64,000 nt of DNA from NCBI GenBank assembly GCA_024679065.1, contig JAGIQG010000011.1, forward strand, positions 69,750,001 to 69,814,000, in the 5' to 3' direction. The notes under the pieces were generated by a model. It had not been told where the DNA came from. It made no database searches and saw only the letters and a list, made by a program, of their open reading frames with translations. The translations under genes and the position numbers were made by a program. Positions 11,866 through 24,290 of this stretch are shown here, one piece after another. The stretch is from Sphyrna mokarran (Eukaryota). Position 1 is the first letter of the stretch. Each line of letters starts with the position of its first letter.

Positions 11866-12362
11866 GAGATTTTTGCTAGAGATTTGAAGAAAACCTCTGA
11901 AACACATCAGGAGATTTTCTGGAACAGTTTATTAAGTCTTTGACAATACTATTCTTCATTTCGAATGCTCTCTAAAGGGATCACCTAAAAAATGTGACTG
12001 TTTTGTCACTCTACCTTATTGCACCCCATCTAGGAGCCGCGAGAAGAGTGTTCTTGGCCATAAGCATTTTGCTAGAGGACTACTTGGTCTGCAGGAGAGA
12101 TCAGGGAAGGATATGATGTCAGGCAGAACAGTGCTAATCTACTGCAGGAGAGAGGGTGGGGGTATGGGGAAAGAAGATAAACTGATAATCCTTCATCCAG
12201 ATCCTTTATACCAAGACCTCAAGTTCCACATCTGAAAAATCCTTGTTTTGCCTTCTCAAATGATCTGAGAGGCACATGGAAACTTGCAGCTATATAGCAG
12301 TAAACCCATGACACAGTTTCAGTACAGGTGGCCTCATGAATGCAAATTATATTTCTTCACAT

Positions 12363-13358
12363 TGTGAAGATGGATGTTATTTTAAAAAATGTATTTTGGG
12401 GAATAATAAAGAAGGGTGTGTGTGAGTGTTTGTGTAAATGAGTTAACGAATCTTGGGAAAAGTTAATAGAGACAACTTGCCTTGGAGAACTGAGACACGA
12501 AACTGGTAAAAAGTGCAAAATGCATGCATTTGTAAAGAGAAGCTGTGGTGAAATGGATTTATAGGTAAACAGAGTGTGTTTTAAAATTTAAAGTAGGGGT
12601 TAAATAGGGATCTTTTCAGCTGTGAAATTTCAAAAGCAGGTCAGGGACTGCTACAACTTAAAGTTCTCAAAGTAAGTAAGGGAAGATTACTCAATTTTAC
12701 TTAAGATGGGAAGGAGAGACAATAAGAAAAGATTTTTGCGTTTTGGAAAAGTTGAGTACAAACAGGTACTGAGGACCTGATGATGAAAAGGAAAAAGGAT
12801 ATATAAAGAAAGATTTTGGGATGAGTTGTGAGCTGTGTGGGGAAGATATCCCAGGATCAGCTTTGTGCTAATAGCAGGTGCGAAATCTGAAGCAACCATC
12901 CAGAAACCAGAAAAATCTTTTGATTTAAAAAAGTTCTGTTTCTGAATTTTCTTGGATTTCCACAAGAGTGAACGAGAGTGAGAAATAGTATGATATACCT
13001 CCCTTGAAGTGACAGCAGTTTTGCCTTGGACAATATTAATGGAGTTTTTTTTAAAACATCTGGAAGGATGTGTTGCCAAGAAGGTATTTATTTATGTGTT
13101 CTTACTAAATAGGTTCTCTTGTAAAGGATTTGTAAGTGTTTTAACTCTGGAACATTAACCTTGTGTACTTAAGTTTTCTTTTCTAATTGTTAAGAAATCT
13201 TTTAATCTTTGAAATCCCAAAAGTGTTGCCAGAATTCTATGCTTCTGGATCAATAGGTTTCTCCTTGTTTTCAGAATAGAAAAAAAAGGTTATGACCAGT
13301 AAGATAACATTCCCTTTGGGATTTGAACCAGCAAATAACATCTGCCATGGCTATAACA
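12363..13358 (+). mobile_element. Possible solo LTR (~1 kb)
   Basis: Begins TGTGAAGA and ends CTATAACA (TG...CA), with a purine-rich 5' part and T-rich 3' part as in fish and shark LTRs. No convincing target-site duplication seen. Confidence 0.35.
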
Positions 13359-13611
13359 ACTCCTCATCAGCAAATGTATGCTAAACTGCTGTAGGTCTGC
13401 TATAGTGCACCTCCAAACAAGTTCAGATAATCAGCAATTAGAACCAAAACTGAATACTAAAACCAGAATTTTTAAAAAGGCATTCATTATTATCACCACA
13501 GCTATTTAGCACCTATTTTCACCCTTTTTTTTAAAATAAAGCCAAACCCAAGGAATGAGTAGCTGACGGCTGATTGCACCAACAACACCAGAACATAGGG
13601 GGCAACAGAGG

Positions 13612-14790
13612 CTCCTTGGACCCACTACAGTTTGCCTACCACTGCAACAGGTCCACAGCAGATGCTGTCTCACTGGCCCTGCACCCTGGAACATCTAGAT
13701 AACAAGGACTCCTATTTATCAGCCTTCAATACCATTCCCACAAAACTCATCTTCAAACTTCATGGCCTGGACTTCGGCATCTCCCTCTGCCTGAACTTCC
13801 TAATTTACAGACCGCAATCAGTAAGGATAAACAACATTTCCTCCAAGACCATCCTCAACACCGGTGCCCCACAGGGCTGCATTCTCAGCCCCCTGTTTTA
13901 TTCTTTATACACCTATGACTATGTGGCCAAATTCCTCTCTAATTTGATTTTCAAGTTTGCTGACAACACCATTGTAGTGGGTCAGATCTCAAACAGTGAT
14001 GAAACAGAGTACAGGAATAAGATAGAGAATCTGGTAAACTGGTGCAGCAATAATAATCTCTCCCTCAATATCAACAAAATGAAAAAGATTGTCAACAATT
14101 TCAGGAAGCCCCTGTATACACCAATAGGTATAAAGTAGAAAGGGTCGAGAGCTTTATGTTTTTATGTATCCAGATCATCAACAAACTGTCCTGGTACCCC
14201 CATGCTGAGACGATAGTTAAGAAAGCTCACCGAAACCTCAACTTTCTCAGAAGAGTAAAGAAATTTGGCATATCAACAATGACTCTCACCAACTTTTACA
14301 GGTGCAAAGAAAGCATTCTTTCTGATTATATCACAGCTTGGTACGGCTCCTGCTCTGTCCAAGACTGCAAGGAACTACAAAATGTAGTCTAATTCATCAT
14401 GCAAACAAGCCTCCCATCCATTGACTCTGTCTACACTTCCCGCAGACTAGGAAAAGCAGCCAGCATACTTAAGGACTCCATGCACCTAGGACATTCTCTC
14501 TTTCACCTTCTTTTGTTGGGAAAAAGGTACAAAAGCTTGAGGTCATGTACCAACTGACTTAAGAACAGCTTTTTCCCTGCTGCTGTCAGACGTTTGAATG
14601 AACTTACTTTGTAATAAGTTGATCTTTCTCTACACCCTAGCTCTGACTGTAACACTGTTCTGCACTCTCTCATTTCCATTTCTATGAACAGAATGCTTTG
14701 TTAGTATTGCACACAAGTATGTTACTGTATGTTAATACATGTGACAATAATAAGTCACTATGTTAATACATGTGATAATAATAAGTCAAA
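13612..14790 (+). mobile_element. Rex1/Babar LINE, 5'-truncated, with disrupted RT
   Basis: LDPLQFAY at the start. ORF 13632-14138 has [22 protein letters not shown]...[12 protein letters not shown]...[13 protein letters not shown], and ORF 14156-14392 has KKAHRNLNFLRR...NFYRC..ESIL...ITAWYG. These are Rex1-type RT motifs, broken by frameshifts and stops. Confidence 0.9.
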
Positions 14791-16624
14791 TGGGAAATGA
14801 TTTGAGATTCTATTTGTTAGAACAAGAGAACAAAACACAAAGTAATTATTGCTTAGCTGGTTAGATTCCAGCCAGAACATCCTTCACCATGGACTTATGA
14901 CTTTGTACTTGATACATATTTTAAAAAGGTTAAAATATGAGTAAACACCAAGGTCACAAAGCTGATAATCCTGCTGCTTTATAGCTGTGCTGCATATTGC
15001 AATATAAGTTTTAAAATAAAATGTTAAATATTAATTCTTTTTAAATGTAATATTAATATGATAATGGATATTACAGTTTAGCAACTCCTCAATGATTGCT
15101 AATGGTGTGTATAATCTTATAGGTAGAGATTTTTAAAAGCTGTGGGAGGTTTCACCTTGTCCCGTTTAAATAAAGGACTTTTGGATTTTAGAAGATAGGT
15201 TTGACACAGTTGTTAGATGAATACTAAATGGGCGTCAGAAGGTAAGAACGTAAATTTTCATAATCGCTGAATGTTTCTTCAGAAATATGGGCTGTTGATA
15301 ACAAAAATTGACTGATTTCAGGCCCCATTTCTCAAGAATATAATAAATGACTGTCTTCTAACATTATTATAAATTTCAAAAAGCTACGATCGCAGAGGAC
15401 CATATCTCTTTCAGGAAGAATTTGTCAGTCAATTTTACTGGATGCCAGTTATGATATCAATTTTCACAAGAATGCGTTTATTCAATAGAATGTATATAAT
15501 AAAGTCAATCTTCAATAATAAATAATTAGTAATAATAAAATTGCACACAGAAAGCAAAACTTTTCACTGTATACAAATACATGTGACAAAAATAAATCAA
15601 CTCAATCATTGCATACTTAGAATATTGTTGCTTTCATGCATCTCAAGCAAGTAAATGCATGAAAAGTCTGGAAATTATACAAAGCAATCTGTACTTAATA
15701 GTTTGTTTAAAAATCTAAGAATTCTCAGTTTATCACAAAACTCTAGTTTTTCCAAAAGCTGATGACTGTACATGCCTCCCCCAATCACAATTAATGATTA
15801 CATGTTGAATTGGAATACTTATCTGCTATGCTTAAATGTTGTAATCTCACTCAAATGTGACATTATTTGTCTGAATTTCATTAGGCTGGATAGTCAGGCC
15901 AAACAATCCTGGGGCAAAGTCATGAGATTTTTCTTTTCTCCTGAACGACATCAAAAATAATCATGCTTATCCCATTTAAATGGGAGTGGAGGTCTAACCA
16001 TGACAATTGTCCAAGATCTTTGAGTGTCTCTCTCTCACATCCAGAGAGTATTATATCCTGCTGCAAAATTGTAAACGTATTCAACCTATTCAGTCCATTT
16101 AGCAGAAATAGGCATAGCTTTAACTCAATAAGAGGCTGTTTCAGAAGGAAATTTAAAGATCAAAAGTTCCTTGTGAATGCAAGCCCCATGTCAGAAGGAG
16201 CCAGCAGAATGTAATTGGTCATCTTTCTTATACACATTTTAAAGATGCTACTTATTCAAAATTAGGCTCCTTTTCTGTTCAGTTGGGAAATTTTAATGAA
16301 TAAAGTACTTTGGTTAACCAAATGACAGCGCAAGTGTAAAACCTTCAAGCATGGAGGACACACAAAACGTACATATTATGTATACTAAAATCAAAATCCG
16401 AGTTGAAATAAATTTTAAAAATAAATTGAAATAAAAAAGGCACAATTAGATTAGAGGGACTGCAGTATTGTATATGTATTTAGAAACAAAAGGAGAAGAC
16501 AGTAACAGCAAAATAAAAGGATGAGCTTGACAACATGAAGGGTGGCAGCTATTTAGACCAACAAGTCACACATCAACTGCATTGTGCTTATAGTTCCAGT
16601 CCAATATATTGTTCAATGTGTTGT

Positions 16625-16775
16625 TATTTCTGCCATTGGTCGGTAGCAGGATCTTCTTATCCCACTGTTGTCAGTGGGGTTTCCACTGACTGTATCCCTC
16701 GCCATTGGGAAGCCAGCAGCGGAGGTGTGTTTTTCTAGAACTGGAAGATCCCGCTGGCAGGAATGACAAGAAAGT
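16625..16775. mobile_element. Short MITE-like palindromic element
   Basis: Left arm ttctgccatt..cggtagcaggatcttc pairs imperfectly with right arm gaagatcccgctggcaggaatgacaagaaa. Confidence 0.55.
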
Positions 16776-17004
16776 TAAGACCAATGTTTCATAAGACATA
16801 TTTCAGTTTAATTAATTGATGTCAATGTATCTTTTGTTTACTTTAATTTATGATGTGTCTGTTCAGTGTGATGTGATTGATATTCATTATTGTTAGTGTA
16901 AAATCTTAAAAAGTGAAATGTTGTCTTTTGGTTCTTTTCATTGTTCCTTTGGGACAATCATTTCTTTTAAGAAGCCATCAGCATCAATGGAGATTTTAAC
17001 AGAA

Positions 17005-17232
17005 TTGAGAAGAAATGTTGTGACCAGAACAATAGTAAAAATGTGGTACTTACCTCAGTGAGTGGTTGAATTGACTAGTATAGCTGCATTTGAAGCAAAG
17101 TTAGGCTAGTGTACGAGGGGAAAGTGGTTGCAATGGGAGATTTAGAAAAAAAATGGGAAGAAGCTCAAATGGAGGATAAACATCAGCATGAGTTGGTTAA
17201 GTAAAATGGTTTGTATCTGTGATTTATATCCT
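17005..17232 (+). mobile_element. CR1 LINE 3' end, old
   Basis: gaagaaatgttgtgaccagaacaatagtaaaaatgtggtactt...atagctgcatttgaagcaaagttagg...ggaagaagctcaaatggaggataaacatcagcatg; CR1 terminal pattern. Confidence 0.55.
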
Positions 17233-17984
17233 GTTAAAGACAGTTACCATAACTGTGGTCATATACAATCAGCATGAATTTAAAATTGGAATTAATTGAA
17301 TCTTTTTTCATTTTTTGCAATCCTTGTACAAGATTTATGAAACATGTTTTACACATTCTAAAATTTTAAACATTAAAGAATACATCTCATAATATTGTAG
17401 GAGACTTAAAAGTAAACAGCTACAAATATGTTAGAAAACATGACCTGAAAACAAAGTCATGGGTTAAGATGAAATTTGAGTGTGAACAGAAAAGATTTTT
17501 TAACTAATGATTTATAGTAAAAAATCAAGATTGAGTTAATTTAGAAAAGTCAAAATTCCAGTTACTTTATATCCCTTCAGCTGCAATTAATATAACATAA
17601 AATGCACTGTTTGTAACATCATCATTCTCACCAAATGTGCAGGCATATACATTCAGACCATTGTCCAATATTGATGTTATCTGGACAATTGTTACCGTGT
17701 GATTAGATCTTTCAAGGTCTGACAAATCGTTATTTCCAAATGATGGAGAGAGATTTTCTGGTTGTGTCTGATTTGTAAAGGTGTTTTTTTTTAATCCACA
17801 TCCCAGAAAATGTCAGCAAAAATCATTCTCCCAATTTCAGTCACAAAAGCACTTTTAATCAATTTAAGAAATAATTGTTTTGATATGTATAAATATTCTA
17901 TCAAACTTCATGCTAAAAACTCAAATTACAGAGCAGCATTTAATTTGAGTAAGTTACATGTTTGTATATATGTCCATACTAATC

Positions 17985-18145
17985 AGGACCTTGTCAGCTT
18001 TTACTTCTAATAATTTTCTCAGTGCTCCTTCCCTGGTGATTGCAATTGTTTTAAGTTGCCCCTCCCGTCCACTTTTGATTTACAGATATTCCTTGGATGT
18101 TATTCAAACCCTCTTGCACTGAAGACAACAAAATATTGCAAGTTA
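17985..18145 (-). mobile_element. CR1 ORF2 fragment
   Basis: The minus strand translates to GREGQLKTIAITREGALRKLLEVKADK, matching the CR1 linker upstream of the K-S-P-G-P-D motif. Confidence 0.65.
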
Positions 18146-19157
18146 TTGAAGTTATTTGGAGAGGTAAAAGTGTAATTGACTTTTGCAAGTGGTCAGATAT
18201 CTGAATGCTGGATTGTACTATCGATAAAGTATTGACATTATGACACTTATCATTGAATCTCTGGTACATGTACACAACATTGTTGCACTGGCACTGAATG
18301 ATGTAAGTAGCTGTCATTTTGACACGATGAAATCTTAACATCTACATGGGCAACTGCTGCCAGAGCAGAACAGGTGTTTAGGATTCACTTTTAATTTATA
18401 TTCCCTTGTGTAATTTTAAGTTTCTCAAAAAGAAAATTAACAAGGCCTGATTTTTTTTTTAAAAAAAGCTTCTGAAAAGACAAACCTTAAGTTCCCATCA
18501 CTAATTTTAAGATTGGATTTTAAGATTTAAAACATCTGTTCCCAATTTGTGGAAGCTGACATAAATTCATTAAGCTTTATACCCAGCAGAAAATTCAGCC
18601 ACATAAGCAATGAAAAAAAAACTTGTACAACACTACACAACATTATAAAGCTAGTCCCATGGCTCAGAGTTAGCTAGTTTAAAAAGAGACAATCAGATAT
18701 CTACAAAATTCACCATTTTCAACAGCCATGTGAGGCTGCCACTGAATCCTCCTTGAATTACAAAATTTGAAACTAATAACCATGGCAATAGCTAATGATG
18801 GTAGTACAGTGACAACAGATGCAAATGAAGGACAGTATTTTGTACAATAGCGATTGTTTCTTTCGTTCTCCATCTCAAACTTGATTTCGACCTGTAGTTT
18901 ATTTGGAGGCTCAGCTAAGAACCCAACAAAACCTTCACATTTATACAAGATGATTGAAGTTTTTATTGTTAAGGTGATGCATTCTATTTCTGAGAGTTCA
19001 TAACCAAATTAAATCAAAGCCGTAAGTAGAGAATATGGTAATTAAATCAAGGAATGATTTATTGCTGATGATAACAAAGAATGAGCCCAGCATATTTCCA
19101 GGAATTTATTTGCTTTCTTCTTCAGCAGAAAAAATATGGAAATCACCAACAAGATTT

Positions 19158-19472
19158 GGGTGACATGGTGGCACAGTGGTTAGCACTAGCTGCCTCACAG
19201 CGCCAGGGACATGGTTTCAATTCCTGCTGTCTGACTGTCTGTGTGAAGTTTCTACATTCTCCTTGTGCCTGCTTGAATTTTCTTCAACTACTCCGGTTTC
19301 CTCCTACAATCCAAAGATGAATAGCTTAGATGGATTAGCCGTGCTAAATTGCCCATTAGTGTCAAGGGGACTAGTAGGCTAAACACATAAGGTTACAGGG
19401 ATAGGGTGGGATTGTTGTTGGTACAGGATCGATGGGCTGAATTGCTTCCTCTTGCACTATAGGGATTCTATC
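19158..19472 (+). mobile_element. HE1-type SINE, full length
   Basis: A-box tggcacagtggttagcac, B-box-like ggtttcaattcc, V-core, and tail gatgggctgaattgcttcctcttgcactatagggattctat. Confidence 0.92.
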
Positions 19473-20037
19473 ATTGATATATCAAAAGAAGAAAGCAAGT
19501 AATTCATTGATCATTGTACCATGTAAAGACAATGCTGTTTTGAACGTCTCTGTGCAACATTAACATTTACGTCAACAAGTTTAACTTCCGCTCTGTACCC
19601 AATTTAAAAATAATATTTTTTTTAGAAGCCACTGCCTCAATTAACTTTGAAAAGAATTGCAATTATCCTTCTTTATTGAGAAAGGAGAATGAACATTTAT
19701 ATTTGGCTGTTTGGGGACTGTTGAGTACTTACATGTTTTATTAACTGTCACAAAAGGAAAATTAAAATCTCAGCAGTTGCAAGTTTGACACCAATTACCC
19801 TCAGCAGTAGGGAAATCCAGCCTAAACATGCCAATGAAAATATATTTAACTGTATAGCAGATAAACTCCACACTGAGGGAGAAATTAAAATGAGTTGAAA
19901 TTTAGGACTTCAACAACATGTAACTAAGTTTACATATTTCTCATTATAATCAGTGTTGTGGAAAGTGAACGAAGATAAGCTGGCAGCCAAAAACTAATCA
20001 TATTACTTTTTCAACAGTTTCTGTAATAATGTTATAG

Positions 20038-20698
20038 ATGGAGATTTCTGCCCTCCTCCTTGGCAAGTTTGATGATGGGGGAGCACTTCATCAGGCTAGA
20101 GGATGCGAGGTGAGGACCTCATCATCTTTCTTCCATCGGCCCTGATTAAGTTCAAAGTGGTAAGACTCACAGAAGCCCTTCATAATCCATCGGCAATAGA
20201 GGCCCTTACAAGGATAATTGAAGACCATTATGGACCACATCGTACCACTATTGGCACGCCCCAGTGACAGGTGGAGGACCTGCCAGGTAAGATTCCTGCA
20301 GAGCTGCCAGCACCCTTCCTGTGATTCTCCAGCTTGACCGATGGGCACACAAGCAAACTTGGCCTGGGATCCTCGGTGATTCTATGCCTCAGGTGGGTGT
20401 ATTACATCTAGGAGCCTGCATCTCTCCAGCAGTGAAGCTGAGCAACAAAGAGCAGTCAGCCTCAAATTGGAATACAACTCTCAGCATATGAGGGTGGGTG
20501 GGGGGGAGAAAGGGGGGGGGGGGGATGTGGGGGGGAGAGCGCAGGTGGGAGGGGCGAGATCTGCCACTGCCAGGTTAAATATTCAAATGCTCACTTAGAG
20601 CCTGATGCAATAGGCCTTCATGAGAAGAAGGGAAACAGCGCTGGTGCCAGCTCTGCATCCAATGGATTAGATTCCTGTGGTCAACGTTAAATTTCCCC
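20038..20698. mobile_element. GC-rich non-autonomous DNA-transposon-like remnant
   Basis: GC-rich island bounded by ggagatttc... and ...aaatttcccc, termini of the same style as other such elements here. Contains a long G tract at 20492-20554. Confidence 0.4.
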
Positions 20699-20704
20699 AT
20701 ACAA

Positions 20705-21008
20705 TTCAAAGTTAAATTCAAAGTTTATTTATTAGTCACAAATAGGGTTACACTAACACTGCAATGAAGTTACTGTGAAAATCTCCCAGCGCCTGTTTGG
20801 GTGCACTGAGGGAATATTTAGCATGGCCAGTGCACCTAACCAGCACATATTTCAGACTGTAGAGGAAACCGGAGCACCTGGAGGAAACCCACACAGACAC
20901 GGGAAGAACAAGCAAACTCTGCAAGGACAGTAACCCAAGCCAGGAATTGAACCTGGGTCCCTGATGCTGTGAGGTGGAAGTGCTAACCACTGTGCCACCG
21001 TGTTGCCC
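20705..21008 (-). mobile_element. V-SINE with alternative tail, full length
   Basis: Reverse complement: head ggggcaacacggtggcacagtggttagcac, then tail ttcacagtaacttcattgcagtgtta...ttgtgactaataaataaactttgaa. Confidence 0.92.
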
Positions 21009-22097
21009 CAAGTCAAAATCAAGAACCATTACAAAACCTAACATGAAAAGTAGATTTTGAACAGAAATACCACAGATACCAGGGCTGCTTAATACACATT
21101 TTTAAAAATTTTACGTGTTTTCAAGTCCAGCTTCAAGTCCTAAATTGGAAACAGTGCACGATCTGAGTGGAAAATACTACAATCTTTGTTTCCAGTTTGG
21201 AAATGGATTGAAAACAATAGTTTAAAAATAAACAAATTTACCTGTTTGAAAATGGTTCTTTTTTTTTAAATCAGGAATCGCCTTTTGGTATGAACACCAG
21301 AGCAAACGCTGATAATGAGGTTAAGGAAATTATGATTTGAACAGGAAGATAAGCATTTTGGAATATCAGATTAGAAAATGCAGAAACTGCAAAGGTTATT
21401 CTGATAAAAAATACTAACAGCAGCAAACAATGCCAGATTAAAATAATTCTTCAAAACTGCACACAGGTGGATGTTATTCCTTTTCTCCACAATGTTTGCT
21501 ACTCCAAGTCATAAAAAATAGAGATTATCCTCAATATGTACTTTTCCCACCTCACATTAAAAGATCAATAAAACCAATACTTAGAAAAAATGTTTGCTGA
21601 TCCAGATGATGATTCTCCTAAGTTTACAAGCTTGCTCTTCTATCTTCTCCAAGATCAGCTGAATGACTTGAATAACTATAAGTCAGTTGGCTGGCCTTCA
21701 TCAATCAATAATGATAGTCTCCGAAATCTTAAACAAGGACGTTAAAGATTTGTATTGTGGAGGAGTATAAATTCTAAGATCCTAAGTTAAATATTGATAA
21801 ATATACCCCCCACCCACACGTACACACACAAAACTTTCATTTGTAATGTATTATATAGGATGTATTTCTTTATTTATTTTGTGTCTAACATTTCAATGAA
21901 AGACGTCTTATGTCCAAGTGAATAGAGTAAGTGTGTTTCCTGCTTTTTGTTGCTAGTTTGCCTGTCTCTTTCAGCTTATTTCTCAGCTATCCACAATGTG
22001 AAAGGGAGAGACAAACACACAAGTATCTTCCTTTCAGTACTCAGTCTTTCCCAGCCTCTTGATCAGCAAGTCCTCTGCTGTGCATCCTTGTGATGAT

Positions 22098-22526
22098 ACA
22101 TAGAATCATACAGTCCGACAATGCAGAATAAGGCCATTCGGCCCACCGAGTCTGCATCGACAATCCCACCCATAGTCTCATGCATTTACCCTAGCTGGTC
22201 CCCCTGCATCTTCCAATGCAGATTTCTATAAACATAGACAGGGATCATGGATAGAAGTGGGAATATCGAGGTGGCGGCGCAGGATCGTTGGGCCGATGGG
22301 CCTGTTTCCCATGCTGTTTTGTTCTTTTACACCAAAGGGCAATTTAGCAAGGCCCATCCACTTAACTCACACATCTTTGGGTATGAGAGGAAACCAGACC
22401 ACCCAGATGGAATGCTGTCGACACAGAGAGAATGTGCAAACTCCGCAGTGACCCAAGCCAGGAATCAAACCCGATCCCTGGTGCTGTGAGGCAGCAGTGC
22501 TAACCACTGTGCCACCATGCCATCCC
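22098..22526 (-). mobile_element. HE1-type SINE interrupted by a ~120-bp insertion (22207-22328)
   Basis: The HE1 sequence is contiguous if the insert is removed: ...ctagctggtccccctg | acaccaaagggcaatttagc... Confidence 0.88.
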
Positions 22527-23518
22527 AAATACATTGAAACTCGATCTTATGAAGCACCAGGCTAAATGTCCAGAGAAACTCAGAGGTTGATTGGTCCTCC
22601 TTACATACAACACGTAGATCCACAGTGTGTGGACACACCCTGGTACTTACAAACAGAACTCCCAGCCATAGGCAAAGAGCTCCACTATCTTGTGGATACT
22701 TCAGTATAAATGAAGGTTCAGGGAGTAAACACTGATTGACAATCTGGAGTGTTGCCCAAAGGAAGACCAATGCCTTACACTTCTCTCATCTTTTCAGCAA
22801 GTGTGAAATGTGATGCTCTACCTTCTTTGGACCAAACCAATGAGGTTGAGAGAGGAACCTTGACATGTTTATTTTATGTATAGAAACTATGCAGAGCTTA
22901 TGCATGCTGGACAAGTGTTTATTCATAGTGCTTTACAAACTGCTCTGCGCTTATAGCTCCTTGCTTCTAGTTTTTTTTTCTCTGAGTCTGCATGCAGGCT
23001 TAACTAAACAGACTCACATAATCAAATATGGAACAATTGAACAATTGGCGCTCAGACTTCCATAAATTTTCCTATACACTGCATTCTGGAGAGGACAGTT
23101 CAGTTTCACTGAACACAGAATTAAAGACTTAGATGCAAACTACCATCTCAGAAGACTGATGGCAGCCAGAGGGAATCTATTTAGGGTTGATAATACCAGC
23201 TGCATATATCTGTGTACAAAAAAATCATTAGGCGACAGTTTCGTTGGAAAGAAAAACTTGACAAGATAGAGAGCATTTCTCACTTGCCACACAAAAAATT
23301 GGATTCAGTCCCACTTTTAATCAGTAGATTTAAATGTCGTGAAGTTTTAATGCCATAGCATAATTAACAGATATGCAGCAAGTTATCACCTTTCTCCATT
23401 AAGATATTTTCTGTCAAATAAAGATATTACTGATAATATCAGATAGAGAAATTACTGACAGAAAGCCAGTAAAATCAAAAGCAAGATTACACATATCTTC
23501 TGAAGATGGATTAACATA

Positions 23519-24290
23519 GCCTATTTCCACCACATTGCCCAACTCTGCCCCCTGTTTTATCAGCTCCTCTATTGCTGAAATTCTCATTCATGTGTTGTTA
23601 TTTCTAGAGTTAACTATTCCAACACACTTCTTCCTGGCCTCTCTGTAAACTTGAGGTCATCAAAATCTCTGCTGGTGTGTCCTAACTTGCACCAAGGGCA
23701 GGATTTTATGGCCTCATTAGTGAACTTTCCCATCGTGCACCCCTCGCTTGCTCCTGATACTGTAGTGGGCGGGACAATGAATTCAGGCTCAAAGTCTCAA
23801 GCACCTATCATCCCCATGCTGTCTGACCCACATTGGTTCTAGGTCAAGCAGCAATTCAATTTTAAAATTCTCATCTTTGTTGTCAAATTCCTCCATGACT
23901 TCATCCTCTGCTTTTGTTGCAATCTCCTGCAGTACCTGCAAGTCTGAGATAACTGGGTATCTTCGTGAGGTTTGGGAGTGAGTAGTAGTCATGCTTGAGA
24001 GACCAAGAATAGACAGAAAGGGGACATCTTTAGGAGTTGCCCTAGATAACTGTGTTCCTCTAATGCTGGTCTATTGAGCATTCTCAATGTTAATTATTTC
24101 AGAATTAGTCAAGTGTCTTTTAGTTTGAGAGACCCTAAACTTCCTTTCTTAAACCCCTCCACACCTCAGCCACCTTTTTTCTCCTTTAAGACACTTTTTA
24201 AAACTGATGTGTTCTACCAAGTGTTTGGCCATCTGCTGTGATATCTCTCTATATCATTGTATCAATTTTGCTTTATGAGAGTACTTTTAC
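23519..24290 (+). mobile_element. L2 LINE 3' region with nested insertions; its terminal piece lies at 25340-25403
   Basis: Decayed L2 C-terminal coding (gcctatttccac...gctgaaattctcattcatg...tctagagttaactattccaac = AYFH..AETLIH..SRLDYSN; cacattggttc = HWL), followed by the L2 3' UTR. Confidence 0.8.

Noticed and set aside
18086-18163. Plus-strand exon-like segment (tttacag...GAG/gtaaaa)
   Set aside because: It overlaps a recognisable CR1 ORF2 fragment on the opposite strand.
19158-19230. tRNA gene calls at SINE heads (A- and B-box-like motifs)
   Set aside because: Each continues into a SINE body and tail repeated many times in the window, and no intact cloverleaf is evident.
20492-20554. 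G-tract with G-quadruplex potential
   Set aside because: It sits within a transposon remnant whose relatives also have G-rich blocks. Homopolymer length is error-prone and there is no functional context.
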